Shown one piece after another: positions 19,676-31,333 of a stretch of 64,000 nucleotides of DNA (position 1 is the first letter of the stretch; each line of letters opens with the position of its first letter). Location: NCBI GenBank assembly GCA_963777505.1, contig CAVZQN010000006.1:224001-288000 (forward strand). The letters run 5' to 3'. Made by a program: the position numbers and the translations under genes. Below the pieces are notes generated by a model. That model saw only the letters and a program-made list of their open reading frames with translations, ran no database searches and was not told the origin of the DNA. This DNA comes from an uncultured bacterium. Its GTDB lineage: Bacteria > Acidobacteriota > HRBIN11 > JAKEFK01.

Positions 19676-22310
19676 TTATCTGACTGTGGCTTTTGGGGCG
19701 AGAAGCTCGGCGATGTAGCGGGCTGTGATGGATTTTTTTGATCTCGCAACGACTTCTGGACTTCCTTCGGCTACAATTTGTCCGCCACCGACACCTCCCT
19801 CAGGTCCAAGATCCAGAATGTAATCTGCGCACTTTACAATTTCGAGGTTGTGCTCGATCACAATGACTGTATTTCCGTTTTGGACTAATCGAAGGAGGAT
19901 TTCGAGGAGGTGTCTTACATCTTCGAAGTGAAGTCCTGTTGTTGGTTCATCGAGAATATAGAGCGTTTTTCCTGTGCTTCGTTTGCAGAGTTCTTTTCCT
20001 AGTTTGATCCGTTGCGCTTCTCCACCCGACAGGGTCGTTGCGGATTGTCCGAGGTGAATGTAGCCCAGTCCTACCTGTTCGAGGACTTCCAATTTGGCTT
20101 TCATCTGTGGATGATACTGAAAAAAATCGAGAGCTTCGGAGATTGTCATGTCCAAAACATCCGCAATATTTTTACCTTCGTAGGTTACTTCGAGAGTTTG
20201 CTGGTTGTATCGTTTTCCGCCACAAACGTCACAGCGCACAAAGACATCGGGCATGAAATGCATGATGATTCGGGTTTGGCCGTAGCCTCTGCATTCGGCA
20301 CATCTGCCTTCTGTGACATTAAAAGAAAACCTGCCTGGCAAATAGCCCCGAATTCTCGACTCCGGAAGTTGCGCAAAGAAGTCTCTGATGTGATTGAAAA
20401 GACCCACATAGGTTGCGGGATTTGACCGTGGGGTACGCCCGATTGGCGCCTGGTCAATATTGATTACTTTATCAATCTGATCGACCCCCTCAATGCGGCT
20501 GTGTTTACCAGGAATTGCTTTTGATTTGTACAGAACTTTGGATATGGCTTTATGCAAAATGTCCAGCACAAGTGTTGATTTACCTGAGCCGGATACTCCG
20601 GTCACTACTGTCAGGAGTCCGATAGGGAACTTTGCATTGATGTTTTTAAGGTTGTGTTCGGCGGCTCCCAGGACTTGAACAAACCCCCGGGAAGGAGTTC
20701 GGCGTGATGAAGGTACTTCTATCCTTTTCCTTCCTGTAAGATATGCTGCAGTTAAAGACTCATCGCTCTTTAGAACTGTTGCCAAGTCTCCGGCCGCAAT
20801 AACTGCCCCACCGTTCTTGCCTGCCCTGGGGCCAAGATCAACAACGTAATCAGCCGAGCGAATGGTTTGTTCATCATGCTCAACAACAAGCACGGTATTC
20901 CCAAGGTCCTTCATTGTCACCAGTGCATCAATGAGTCGTTGGTTGTCGCGAGGATGCAGGCCAATCGTCGGCTCATCCAGGACATATAAAATTCCGCGAA
21001 GTTTAGCTCCGATTTGACTGGCAAGTCGCACCCGTTGAGCTTCACCGCTGGAGAGAGTTGCGATCTTTCTATCAAGACTTACATAGTCCAAACCAACCCG
21101 GCCCAAAAATCCGAGTTTTTCGCGCATCTCACGCAGAATTGGCTTAGCAATCAGAAACTCTTGATCGCTAAATTTCCACGATTCAAACAAACGGTCTGCG
21201 TCACGTTACCGAAAGATTCATAACTTCAGCGATATTCCGGCCGCCAATTCGCACAGCCATCGCTTCCTCTCGAAGCCTTGCCCCGTTACAAACAGGACAA
21301 ACGACGCTTTCCTCTTCATCCAATTCATCTTCGGCAACCTGCCATTGATCGAGAGCATCTTTGGTGGGTGAGTAATATAATTCCCGCGCCGATGGAGTCG
21401 TTGTAATCAGAATGTCTTCCGCCTTTTTTTCTGCTATCCGATAAAGTTTTGAAGTAGAACCAACTTCACCGATTCCATCACATTCCGGACACGCTCCGAT
21501 GGGTGAATTGAAAGAAAAGAACCGTGGTTCAAGCTCAGGAAAATTAAATCCACATTTTGCGCATGCCCGATTAATGGAAAATAGTTTTTCTTTCGATCCA
21601 GAAAATACGACAAGATCCCCTTTGCCAAGTTTCAATGCATATTCTGCGGAATTCCTGATCCGGTCACGCTGAACATCCCCCAGCGGAAAACGATCAACTA
21701 CAAGTTCAATCGTGTGCATTTTATGACGTTCGAGTTTTGTAGGCTTATCGAGAAAAGTAAATGTTCCATCGATTCGTGCTCTCGAAAATCCTTTCTTTAA
21801 GAACTCTTCCAGTTCCTTTCGATATTCTCCTTTCCTTCCGCGAACAATTGGAGCGAGCAGCTGAATCTCTGATTGCTTATCATTTGCCAGAATCTGTTCG
21901 ACAATCTGATCGACCGTTTGCGATTGAATTGGGATATCGCAGTGCGGACAGAATGGCGTACCCAGCCGTGAGTAAAGCAGACGTAAATAATCCTGCACTT
22001 CTGTAACCGTCGCTACAGTTGATCTTGGATTCCGAGTAATCGTTTTTTGCTCAATGGAAATTGCAGGTGACAAGCCTTCTATCGAATCCACATCAGGCTT
22101 TTCCATCATTTGTAAGAATTGTCTTGCATACGCTGACAACGACTCAACGTATCTTCGCTGACCTTCACCAAAAATTGTGTCAAATGCAAGCGAAGATTTG
22201 CCGCTGCCGCTTAATCCTGTGATAACAATCAATCGATTTCTGGGCAGATCCAGGTCAATATTTTTCAGATTATGTTGTCTGGCTCCGCGAACGATAATTT
22301 CTGTGTACAT
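19676..22310 (-). CDS. uvrA: Excinuclease ABC subunit A (apparent frameshift near 21200)
   Basis: [24 protein letters not shown], second ABC module GVSGSGKS and LSGGEAQR; the two ORFs join in register. Confidence 0.93.
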
Positions 22311-22316
22311 AAATTC

Positions 22317-23273
22317 TTACTGCAAAGACTCAGAAGTCTTTTCTTTTTTCACCAGGTATAAAATTCCGCCGATGATTCCATAGGAAAATGTCAAAACATA
22401 ATCCCACAACGAAAATACTACAGCCTGCGCCTCAGACACTCCGAACGGCTGCAAAAGATAAATATATGAGAACTCACGCACCCCGATTCCATTCGGCGTA
22501 AGTGGTATTAGCTGAATGCAAATCAGGATCGGCATGACGATACAAGCCTCAAGGAAAGTAAGGCTCATGCCGATTCCTTGTGCTATGAAAAAATAATAGA
22601 GAATTACATTCGCTTGTAGCAACAATCCAAGCATGAAAGCGTAGAAGACAACCCCTTTTGCTCCGGAAAAAGCCCAAAATGCATCAACTAGCCCTATTAC
22701 TTTGCTTGAAATTCTCGCCGGCAGTTTCGAAGCCAGCTTTTTTAAGAAATTTGAAAACCGTTCACTTCCATAAAAGAGAAGTACAGCTAAAAAACCGATG
22801 ACTGCCAGACTTAATAAGGCAATCGCAAATCCTCTGACTTCGCTGAGTCTTGGATAAAACGCAAGCGCGGTTATTCCAATGAGCAAAAGCCCGTAAATAC
22901 CGGAAAGACGTTCAACGATGATTACCGCAAAAGGACGCAGCAGCGAGCCACTATACTTCTTAGAATCTACCATTCTGTAAACATCGCCGCCCACTCTTGT
23001 TGGAAGGAAGTTGTTGAAAAATCCGCCGATCAGATAGGATTGGATCAAATCCAGCAATGGAGCGCGAACTTCATGTACTGCTAGCAGGAGCTGCCACCGA
23101 TACGCGCTTAATAACAGTCCAATAATATGGAGAAACCCTGCAGCAATGATCCAGCGCAGATTGCTTTGTTTTAACTCGGCACCAAATTCGGAAAGATTGA
23201 CCTTAAATAAGAAGAGCAGTACTACGAGAATAATTCCGACAGCAAGCTTCAACCAGTATGAACGAAACTTCAT
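22317..23273 (-). CDS. Flippase-like / lysylphosphatidylglycerol synthase TM-domain protein (UPF0104)
   Basis: YRW..LL, FFNNFLPTRVGGDVYR, PLTPNGIGVRE. Confidence 0.85.
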   Translation of the reverse strand: MKFRSYWLKLAVGIILVVLLFLFKVNLSEFGAELKQSNLRWIIAAGFLHIIGLLLSAYRWQLLLAVHEVRAPLLDLIQSYLIGGFFNNFLPTRVGGDVYRMVDSKKYSGSLLRPFAVIIVERLSGIYGLLLIGITALAFYPRLSEVRGFAIALLSLAVIGFLAVLLFYGSERFSNFLKKLASKLPARISSKVIGLVDAFWAFSGAKGVVFYAFMLGLLLQANVILYYFFIAQGIGMSLTFLEACIVMPILICIQLIPLTPNGIGVREFSYIYLLQPFGVSEAQAVVFSLWDYVLTFSYGIIGGILYLVKKEKTSESLQ

Positions 23274-24010
23274 CGAGTTCGCCTGGCAAAAACGGTAACC
23301 GGAGAACCGAAATGTTTATTTAAAGTCAGGCCTGAAAAAAATCTTTCGGCGCCATTCATCAAACGTTTGCTATGAAACATTCGATACACTGCAATTGGCA
23401 AAAAGAATCCCGGATCCATGGATGTGATTTCAAAGCCATGCCCTCGAAGCTCCGAAAATACTTCTTCAGGATTTAGCGTCTTATAAGATTGAACGTTTTG
23501 TGAAACAAGTCCACGAATCGAATGCCACGCAGGAACCAAACGTAGAAATCCATGTTTAGCCGGAAAATCAATGACGACCCGGTCATCTGAAATCCGGCAG
23601 ATTTCACTTAACGCTTTTTTCCAATCAATGACATGCATCAACAATCGAAAACTTAACGAACACTGGAAGGTCCGATCTTCAAATGGGAGCGCTTGTGCAT
23701 CCACTACGCGCGTTTCTAAATGAGGGTTCTTCGACTTCTCCTGCAAAACTTCCAGCATCTGAGCCGACGCATCACATGCGGTTACTTTCGCGCCTTTTTC
23801 TAGCAATGGAATCGTTAATCGGCCTGTTCCAGCTCCGATATCAGCAATCTTCCATCCCTTTACGTCATGGAGTTCCCGGAAGACCATTTCTTCCTGTACC
23901 CATTTAATGTACTCACCAACCGATCCGCCAAATCGAAGCTGATCAAATGTACGAGCAACATTAGGATCGGCATAAACTCGGTAGCTGTAGTGATCTTTTG
24001 TTTGATCCAT
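23270..24010 (-). CDS. Class I SAM-dependent methyltransferase
   Basis: DIGAGTGR motif I; DAQALPFEDRTF. Confidence 0.88.
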   Translation of the reverse strand: MDQTKDHYSYRVYADPNVARTFDQLRFGGSVGEYIKWVQEEMVFRELHDVKGWKIADIGAGTGRLTIPLLEKGAKVTACDASAQMLEVLQEKSKNPHLETRVVDAQALPFEDRTFQCSLSFRLLMHVIDWKKALSEICRISDDRVVIDFPAKHGFLRLVPAWHSIRGLVSQNVQSYKTLNPEEVFSELRGHGFEITSMDPGFFLPIAVYRMFHSKRLMNGAERFFSGLTLNKHFGSPVTVFARRTR

Positions 24011-24017
24011 GAACTGC

Positions 24018-25226
24018 CTAAACCAATTTTTCGCTGATATTATTCTTCAAAAATGGCTCGTTATTTTTCAAGCTATTTACGTACGAATAAAGATTGGAAG
24101 TTTTAGCAAGATATTCACGGTAGCTATATTTTTCTAGTGCAACTTGATGCGCCCGCTCAACCATGCTGTTTATTTCTGGATTGCGAAGTGCTTTTAGAAT
24201 CCCTTCGGCAAAGGCTTTCGGCTCGGGTTCTGTTAGCACAGCGATCTCGGGATTCAAAACCTGCGTATGTGTAACGAGATTGGTAGCCACAATGGGCCGT
24301 CCGCTACGCAAATAAGAATAAATTTTTAACGGCGTATTGGTTCCTGATTTCCGCGGTGAAACCAGAACCGAAGAGAGCTCAAGATACTGAGCGACCTGAT
24401 CAACTGGAACCTTCTCTTTTAGAATTACATTGTTCTGCACACCAACTTCTTCGGCTCGCTTACGAATGAGTTCAATTGAATTTCGATCGCCGCCAACCAG
24501 CAAGAAAATAATTTCCGGATCCTGTTTCAACACAAAAGGAATGCTTTCCAATAAGAGATCAAGACCTTGATAATGTTCGAAGGTTCCAGCATACAGAACG
24601 ATGCGACGTCCCCTTAGTTTTTCATCCAGATCTGATTTCGCAGGCTTAGCCTGGAAAAATGTATCGGCTTCCGGTGTATTTTCTATAACAAAAACCTGGC
24701 GAGTTACTCCCGATTCACGCACATGATCACTGAGATACGGACAGATCGCAATGATTGCATCTGAAGAAAGCAATGCACGTTTTTCAAAGAAACGTAAAAA
24801 ACGATGAATCAACGGGGATTTCGTGACGTTAAAATTTGCAAACTGCTGTGCCAGCGAAGAATGCATGTCATAGACATGCGGGATGCGCCAGATCCGGCTC
24901 AAAACTCCGCCGAAAAAACAAGCCTCTTCGTGTGTGTGAATCACATCGTAGCGATTCTTCAACAACAATTTCAACGCTGAAAAAAATAGGAAAAAATCCA
25001 AAGGCAATTTTGTGAGCGAAGGCCCAACCTTTACCTTGCTGACAAATGGAACCTTCATTGATCTGAAAATCCGAAGCTTTGGAATTTCTACATCTTTGCC
25101 GATCGGATACGTTACAAGATCAACTTCATGACCCAGTTCCGAAAGGGCTTTGATCCGAAAATATTCGCTGAAAGGCGTGCCCCTGGGCTCAAAAAATGGT
25201 TCAGGGGCAATCATTAAGATTTTCAT
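24018..25226 (-). CDS. Glycosyltransferase family 4
   Basis: YAGTFEHYQGLDLL; PLKIYSYLRSGRPIVAT. Confidence 0.9.
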   Translation of the reverse strand: MKILMIAPEPFFEPRGTPFSEYFRIKALSELGHEVDLVTYPIGKDVEIPKLRIFRSMKVPFVSKVKVGPSLTKLPLDFFLFFSALKLLLKNRYDVIHTHEEACFFGGVLSRIWRIPHVYDMHSSLAQQFANFNVTKSPLIHRFLRFFEKRALLSSDAIIAICPYLSDHVRESGVTRQVFVIENTPEADTFFQAKPAKSDLDEKLRGRRIVLYAGTFEHYQGLDLLLESIPFVLKQDPEIIFLLVGGDRNSIELIRKRAEEVGVQNNVILKEKVPVDQVAQYLELSSVLVSPRKSGTNTPLKIYSYLRSGRPIVATNLVTHTQVLNPEIAVLTEPEPKAFAEGILKALRNPEINSMVERAHQVALEKYSYREYLAKTSNLYSYVNSLKNNEPFLKNNISEKLV

Positions 25227-25258
25227 AAAGGCTTGGATTATAGCAAAGTTTCTTCTTC

Positions 25259-25316
25259 CGGAGGGCAGGCGTCCCTGCCTGCCTCAACTCCGGCGAGCAG
25301 AGACGCTCGCCCTCCA
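25259..25316. repeat. GGAG-type REP-like inverted pair
   Basis: GGAGGGCAGGCGTCCCTGCCTGCC ... GGCGAGCAGAGACGCTCGCCCTCC. Confidence 0.65.
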
Positions 25317-25329
25317 GATGAATCTAATT

Positions 25330-25905
25330 TCAAATCTTCAGCCGTTCGTAGTCTTTGGGAGTGTTAATATTGCGGAATGAAAGTCCTGCCGCATCAAAAC
25401 GCCGGATTTCTTCCTCCGATATATATCGGATGTGTGAATCTCGAAATGAATCACTGATTTTGAATCGCATTTCATTCAGACTCTTCTGAAACTCATTCAA
25501 CAAATTGCGATCATAAACGGCATGAAGCACTTCCGGACGGCCTTTCCAGATAGGCACAACAGCATCGCAATCGGTAACCGAGCACTGATATTCGATTAAG
25601 TCCCGATTTAGAAATGGCATATCGCAGGCGACGCAGAAAATTCTCTTTTCCCCGGTCTCCAGAACTGAAGTGATTCCGCCAAGAGGCCCTGTTTCAGGAT
25701 AACGATCGACGACTTCGTTGAGAGCTATCTCTTCATATGTATTTGGAGAAGCCGTGCTGAGAATAATATGAGAAAAAATTTCTGCAAGCGTCAGACGGAC
25801 ACGTTCAATGAGCGGTACGCCTTCAAGTGGCAGAAAGGCTTTATTGCTGCCCATTCGGCTGCTTTTTCCACCCGCAAGAATGACAGCAGTCACTGAATCA
25901 ATCAT
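25330..25905 (-). CDS. mobA: Molybdenum cofactor guanylyltransferase
   Basis: ILAGGKSSRMGSNKA, GPLGGI, ACDMPF, NINTP. Confidence 0.92.
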   Translation of the reverse strand: MIDSVTAVILAGGKSSRMGSNKAFLPLEGVPLIERVRLTLAEIFSHIILSTASPNTYEEIALNEVVDRYPETGPLGGITSVLETGEKRIFCVACDMPFLNRDLIEYQCSVTDCDAVVPIWKGRPEVLHAVYDRNLLNEFQKSLNEMRFKISDSFRDSHIRYISEEEIRRFDAAGLSFRNINTPKDYERLKI

Positions 25906-25913
25906 TTCACAAA

Positions 25914-26981
25914 CTACACATTGAAACGAAACGTGATGATGTCGCCATCCTGCACGACATATTCTTTGCCTTCCAATCGAAACACACCTTGTTTTTTTGC
26001 TTCTGCAAAAGATCCTGTTTTCAGAAAATCTTCATAAGAAACAGTTTCTGCGCGTATAAAACCACGTTCCATATCTGAATGAACTGTACCTGCCGCCTTT
26101 TGTGCATTCATTCCACGTGGCAATGGCCAGGAACGCACTTCTTCAGGACCGGCTGTAAAAAACAAAAGTAAGTCCAACAGTTTGAAGGTTGTTCGAATCA
26201 CACGATCTCTTCCGCTTTCAGTGAAATGATATTGATCAAGAAATTCCTGGCGATCATCAGCTCCAAGTTCTCCGATCTGTTGTTCCAGCGTTCCGCAAAC
26301 GTACGTAATCTCCTGATCTTTCCGAAGTTCCTCTGAAATGTATTTGTCTCTCTCCGAAAGCCGGTCTTCACTTAAATTAATGATGTGAAGCAACGGTTTT
26401 TCACTTAGAAATGCAAAACTGCGCAGTCGTCTTTTTTCTTGAGCCTCAAACTCCAGTTCGCGAATTGGACGTTCATTTTCGAGTTGAACGATGCAACGCT
26501 CCAGCAATCCAAGTTCTTCCTCGTTTTCCTTGTTTTTCATTTTCTTTACTAAGAGTCGAAGCTTTTCCAACCTGTTTTGAATTACATCCATGTCGGCAAG
26601 TATCAATTCAAGATTGAATTCCTGAATATCATCGTGTGGATGAATGTCAGTTGCTGCCACTCCCATTTCAGGATCTTCAAAAGCCCGAACAACGTGAATT
26701 AAACAATCCACTGTGCGCAGGTTGGCTAAATATTCGCTGTTTTTGATTTCACCCCGGTTCACGCCTACAAGATCAACAAATTCAGTTGTGGCTAGAGTCT
26801 TCTTTTTTGGCGTGAACATTTCGTAAAGTTTCTCCAACCTTTGATCGGGGACCTCCGACACGCCAATATTGATACCTTTCTTCCCTTGCGTAAATCGGGA
26901 AGTCTCCGCATGGCCACTCGTCAATATATTAAATAAAGTAGTCTTTCCTACTTTGGGAAACCCTACAATTCCTGCTTTCAT
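25914..26981 (-). CDS. ychF: Redox-regulated ATPase YchF
   Basis: GIVGFPKVGKTTLFN; FFTAGPEEVRSW; HSDMERGFIRAE; EGKEYVVQDGD. Confidence 0.93.
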   Translation of the reverse strand: MKAGIVGFPKVGKTTLFNILTSGHAETSRFTQGKKGINIGVSEVPDQRLEKLYEMFTPKKKTLATTEFVDLVGVNRGEIKNSEYLANLRTVDCLIHVVRAFEDPEMGVAATDIHPHDDIQEFNLELILADMDVIQNRLEKLRLLVKKMKNKENEEELGLLERCIVQLENERPIRELEFEAQEKRRLRSFAFLSEKPLLHIINLSEDRLSERDKYISEELRKDQEITYVCGTLEQQIGELGADDRQEFLDQYHFTESGRDRVIRTTFKLLDLLLFFTAGPEEVRSWPLPRGMNAQKAAGTVHSDMERGFIRAETVSYEDFLKTGSFAEAKKQGVFRLEGKEYVVQDGDIITFRFNV

Positions 26982-27033
26982 GAATTCTCCAAGACTGGAC
27001 TCGAAAAGAAGGAAATATAATAATTCGATTCAT

Positions 27034-28013
27034 ATGAAATATCGACTCCTTGGCAAAACGGGGCTACAGTGTGTCTGAAATTGGCTTTGGCTCCTGGGCG
27101 ATTGGCGGTTCAATGGATGTCTCCGGCTTTCCGGTGGGATGGCGGGATGTCACCGACGCTGAATCGATCGCTGCAATCGAACGAGCGTTGGATCTTGGAA
27201 TCAACTTTTTCGATACCGCCGATATGTACGGAAGGGGCCACAGCGAAGAGCTTCTGGGAAAATCTTTAAAGGGGAAGGATGTAATCATCGCCACTAAAGT
27301 TGGAAATAGGATCGATGAACAAGGCGCTCGAAAAGATTTTTCCGCAACATATGTTCGTGAATCGATTGAAGGAAGTCTTCGCCGATTGAATCGTGAAGTC
27401 ATTGATGTTTATCAATTTCACAATCCTGAATCCAATGATTATAGAAGTCAGGACTTATTTGAAGTTTTGCAAGAGTTAAAAAACGAAGGCAAAATTCGTG
27501 CAGTTGGAGTTTCAATCAGTAATCCCGAAGAAGGTCTTGAGCTTTTGAAACAACATAAAGTTGATACGCTTCAAGTGTTGTTCAATGTCTTGAATCAAGA
27601 ACCTGCAAGGAAGTTGATTCCGCAGGCTGAATCAGATGGTGTAGGGATTATAGTTCGTGTTCCATTAGCTTCTGGATTATTAACGGGAAAGTTTCAGGAA
27701 ACAGATCGATTTTTTGCAAACGATAACAGAAGTAATTATCTAAACCCGCGGAGAATGAAAGAAACACTTACGGCCGTACGTCGAATCCAAGAAATCAACT
27801 GCTGAAATGGGAAAGCCACTTGCATCAATTTCGCTGGGATTTCTTCTTCATTTTTCAGGAGTGAGCTGCCTGATCCCTGGTGCAAAAAATCCGCATCAGG
27901 TGGAAGAAAATGCTTCGGCTTCAGACGTTCGTCTTCCTGAGGAAATGTTTAAGAAAATTCGCGAAGAGTTCTCGGAATATAATTTCTTTCTCCGAAACAA
28001 AATACGAGTCTAA
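27034..28013 (+). CDS. Aldo/keto reductase (apparent frameshifts near 27070 and 27800)
   Basis: MKYRLLGKTGL / VSEIGFGSW, FFDTADMYG, IPGAKNPHQVEEN spread over three frames. Confidence 0.85.
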
Positions 28014-28014
28014 T

Positions 28015-28347
28015 ATGTCAAATGAAATTGAATTTAGAAATCACGCTATTGAGGCAATTGAAGAACTTGAAGAGCGACTGATTCCTGTTTCAGAAGATCA
28101 TGATTTCGAAGTGGAATCAGGTGGTGGAATGCTGACTCTTATCTTCGAAGAACCTTCCGCAACGCGATTTATCATCAGCCCGAATGCAGCAGCCAGACAA
28201 ATTTGGGTTTCTGCACTTTCAACAAGTTTTAAGTTTGATTGGGATAATGAGGTACGGACCTTTGTTCTGGATAAAACCCATGAATCGATGATCAAAGTCA
28301 TCGGAGATCTAATCTCACGTCACCTGGGTAAGACAATAGTGTTGTAA
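28015..28347 (+). CDS. cyaY: Frataxin/CyaY-like iron donor
   Basis: GGMLTLIF...FIISPNAAARQIWVS; acidic N-terminal helix. Confidence 0.8.
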   Translation: MSNEIEFRNHAIEAIEELEERLIPVSEDHDFEVESGGGMLTLIFEEPSATRFIISPNAAARQIWVSALSTSFKFDWDNEVRTFVLDKTHESMIKVIGDLISRHLGKTIVL

Positions 28348-28349
28348 GG

Positions 28350-28847
28350 ATGAAACCTGAACAGATCGTTCAAAAACTCGGACTTCAGCCGCATCCGCGT
28401 GAGAAAGGATATTTCGCCGAAACGTATCGTGCTCACGAAAAACTAACCGGGGAATCTCTTCCGGTTCGTTATGAAGGTGCTCGATCTTATAGTTCTGCCA
28501 TTTATTTCCTTTTGACCAAAGATGGTTTTTCGGAATTGCACCGCTTGAAATCCGACGAAATTTTTCACTTCTATTCAGGCGCACCGGCTGAGTTGATAGT
28601 TTTGTCGGCAGATGGCAAAGGTGAGATCATCATGCTTGGTTCAGATCTAGAAAAAGGTGAGCGTCCCCAGATCATTGTCCCAGCTGGATGCTGGCAAGGG
28701 ATACATACAACTGGTGAGTACACATTATTTGGATGCACTGTTTCTCCTGGCTTTGAGTACCAGGATTACGAACAAGGCATCCGTGAACTTCTTTTAAAAC
28801 AATATCCCCAATTTTCTGACAAGATCATTCAACTGACGGAAAAATAA
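28350..28847 (+). CDS. Cupin_5 (DUF985) family protein
   Basis: LQPHP.E.GYF.ETYR, AIYFLL, HRLKSDEIFHFY, CTVSPGFE. Confidence 0.88.
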   Translation: MKPEQIVQKLGLQPHPREKGYFAETYRAHEKLTGESLPVRYEGARSYSSAIYFLLTKDGFSELHRLKSDEIFHFYSGAPAELIVLSADGKGEIIMLGSDLEKGERPQIIVPAGCWQGIHTTGEYTLFGCTVSPGFEYQDYEQGIRELLLKQYPQFSDKIIQLTEK

Positions 28848-28862
28848 ACACGGACTCAATTA

Positions 28863-31308
28863 ATGAAGGTTTTAAAATTTGGCGGCTCTTCTGTCGGAAA
28901 TCCTGAAAGGATCAAAAATGTAGTTGATCTATTTCTGGAGACTTCAAAGGAAGAATCTTTAGTAGTCGTTGTATCTGCTTTTCAAGGCGTTACAGATCAA
29001 CTTATACAATTAGGACGATCGGCTTCAAAAGGCGACGATTCGTACCTTCAGAATTTCTCTGCTCTTAAAGGATCGACATGAAGATGCGATTCGAAAGCTA
29101 GTCGAATCTGCGTCTGAAACGTTTCGAAAAGAAATTGATTTACGCTGGAAAGAATTGAACGACGCATTGCATGGAGTATTTCTAATTCGTGAACTTTCAC
29201 TAAGGACACTCGATGTAATTATGAGTTTCGGCGAACTTTTATCCGCACGGATTATTGCTGAAGCTGCTCGCGACAAAAAGTGCATCGGTGAAGTTTCTTG
29301 GATACACGTTCGATTATTAAAACTGATTCTCGTTTCGGCTCTGCGCGAGTTTTGTTTGATGTAAGTGATCCATTCATTCAAAGACAATTTGAAAATGATC
29401 CTTTTTGCGGAGTTGCGACGGGTTTATTGCTTCAGCAGCAACGGGTGAAACAACAACTTTGGGGCGAGGGTGGTTCGGATTATACGGCCTCCATTCTCGC
29501 GGCTGCTTTAAATGCGTCTGAAATTCAAATCTGGACGGATGTTGATGGCGTAATGACAAGCGATCCGAATAAGGTTCCAACCGCATTTTCGATTCATTCA
29601 ATGACTTATGAAGAAGCGATGGAAATGTCGCATTTTGGTGCAAAGATCATTCATCCGCCTACGATGCAGCCAGCACTGGATCGCGGAATTCCCATCCGAA
29701 TCAAAAATACTTTTGCGCCAGAATTTCCTGGCACTATAATCAGTGAATCTGCACCTCAGAGCAATTATCCGATTAAAGGGCTGTCATCGATTCCAATGTT
29801 TCGCTTATGACTATTCAGGGAAGCGGAATGATCGGCATTGCGGGAATTTCCAGTCGTCTTGTTTGGCGCTTTAGCTCGAAAAGGAATCAGTGTAGTTTTG
29901 ATTACTCAAGCATCGTCGGAACATTCGATCTGTATTGCCGTTGATCCGAAGCAGGATGAAGAGGCGACGGAAGTGATTGAGGAAGAATTTTCGCTGGAAA
30001 TTCTTGCACATCAGGTGGACCCGCTCGTTCTGGAAAAGAATCTGTCGATCATGGCTGTAGTTGGCGATAACATGCGTCACACTCCTGGAATTTCCGGACG
30101 TCTTTTTCAAGCTCTCGGAAATGATGGAGTAAATGTTGTTGCCAGTCGCACAAGGATCGTCCGAGCGAAATATTTCTGTCGTCATTTCCGATCACGATGA
30201 AGCAAAAGCACTTCGGGCTGTGCACGATACTTTCTTCTTTCCAACTTCACATAGGATCAGCATTTTTGTTGCGGGAACAGGCTTAATTGGAAGTACATTG
30301 TTGAACTTAATTCAACAACAGGAAACTTTTTTGCGAAAGGAGAATTCAATCGATCTCAGAGTGGTTGGCATATCAAACAGCACGCGTATGATTCGTGATA
30401 CAGCGGGAATTCAACTTCAGGACTGGCATGAATCGCTGATGCAATCAATTGCGCCTCCACAGCCTGACATTTTTGCACAACTTTTTCATAGCTGCCGGCG
30501 GCAGCTCCGGTTTTCGTAGATTGCACTGCGAGCGAGACTATTCGAAATATTTATTCGCCGCTGCTTGCTTCAGGTGTCTCTATTATTACAGCCAACAAAA
30601 AAGCACTTACTGGCTCTTATCCGGAGTTCGTCAACTTGATCGATGCTTTGAAAACATCCGGCGCGCGGCTGCTTTATGAAACGACCGCAGGAGCGGCCCT
30701 GCCTGTGATTGGCACTTTAAAAGATTTAATTTTGAGCGGCGATCGAATCCTTAAAATCGAAGCAATTCTATCCGGAACTTTGAGTTATTTATTCAATCGT
30801 TTTAGTTCAGATATTTCATTCAGCAAGATTGTTCGTGAAGCAAAAGAACTTGGATATACAGAACCAGATCCGCGTGAGGATTTAAATGGTCTCGATGTTG
30901 CGCGAAAATTGCTGATACTCGCACGTACAATCGGTTTACCAATGGAAATGGCATGACATTGAAGTTCAAAGTTTGGTTCCTGAAAGCTGTAAGAGATGCT
31001 GAAAACGTTGAAGTGTTTATGCAGAAGCTTGAAGAAGAGGATGCTTCATTCGAACGTTGGCGATCAACAGCAGCAGCTGAAGGCAAAGTTCTGCGTCACA
31101 TTGCTACACTTGCAGATGGCAAAGGTAAAGTGGGAGTGCAAGCTTGTGTCGAATTCACATCCTTTTTATTCGGTTAGCTGGAAGTGATAATGTTATTGCT
31201 TTTACAACGGAGCGTTATTCACAAAACCCTCTGGTAGTGCGGGGTCCGGGGGCAGGTCCCGCGGTTACAGCCGCAGGAGTTCTTGCTGATATCTTACGAG
31301 TGATTTAG
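28863..31308 (+). CDS. thrA: Bifunctional aspartokinase/homoserine dehydrogenase (multiple apparent frameshifts)
   Basis: MKVLKFGGSSV, GGSDYTAS, WTDVDGV, ACT domains, YETTAGAALPVI, GYTEPDPREDL, GPGAG..VTAAGV across fragments. Confidence 0.88.
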
Positions 31309-31333
31309 ATTTGTTCTCTAGCGGTAAAAAATC

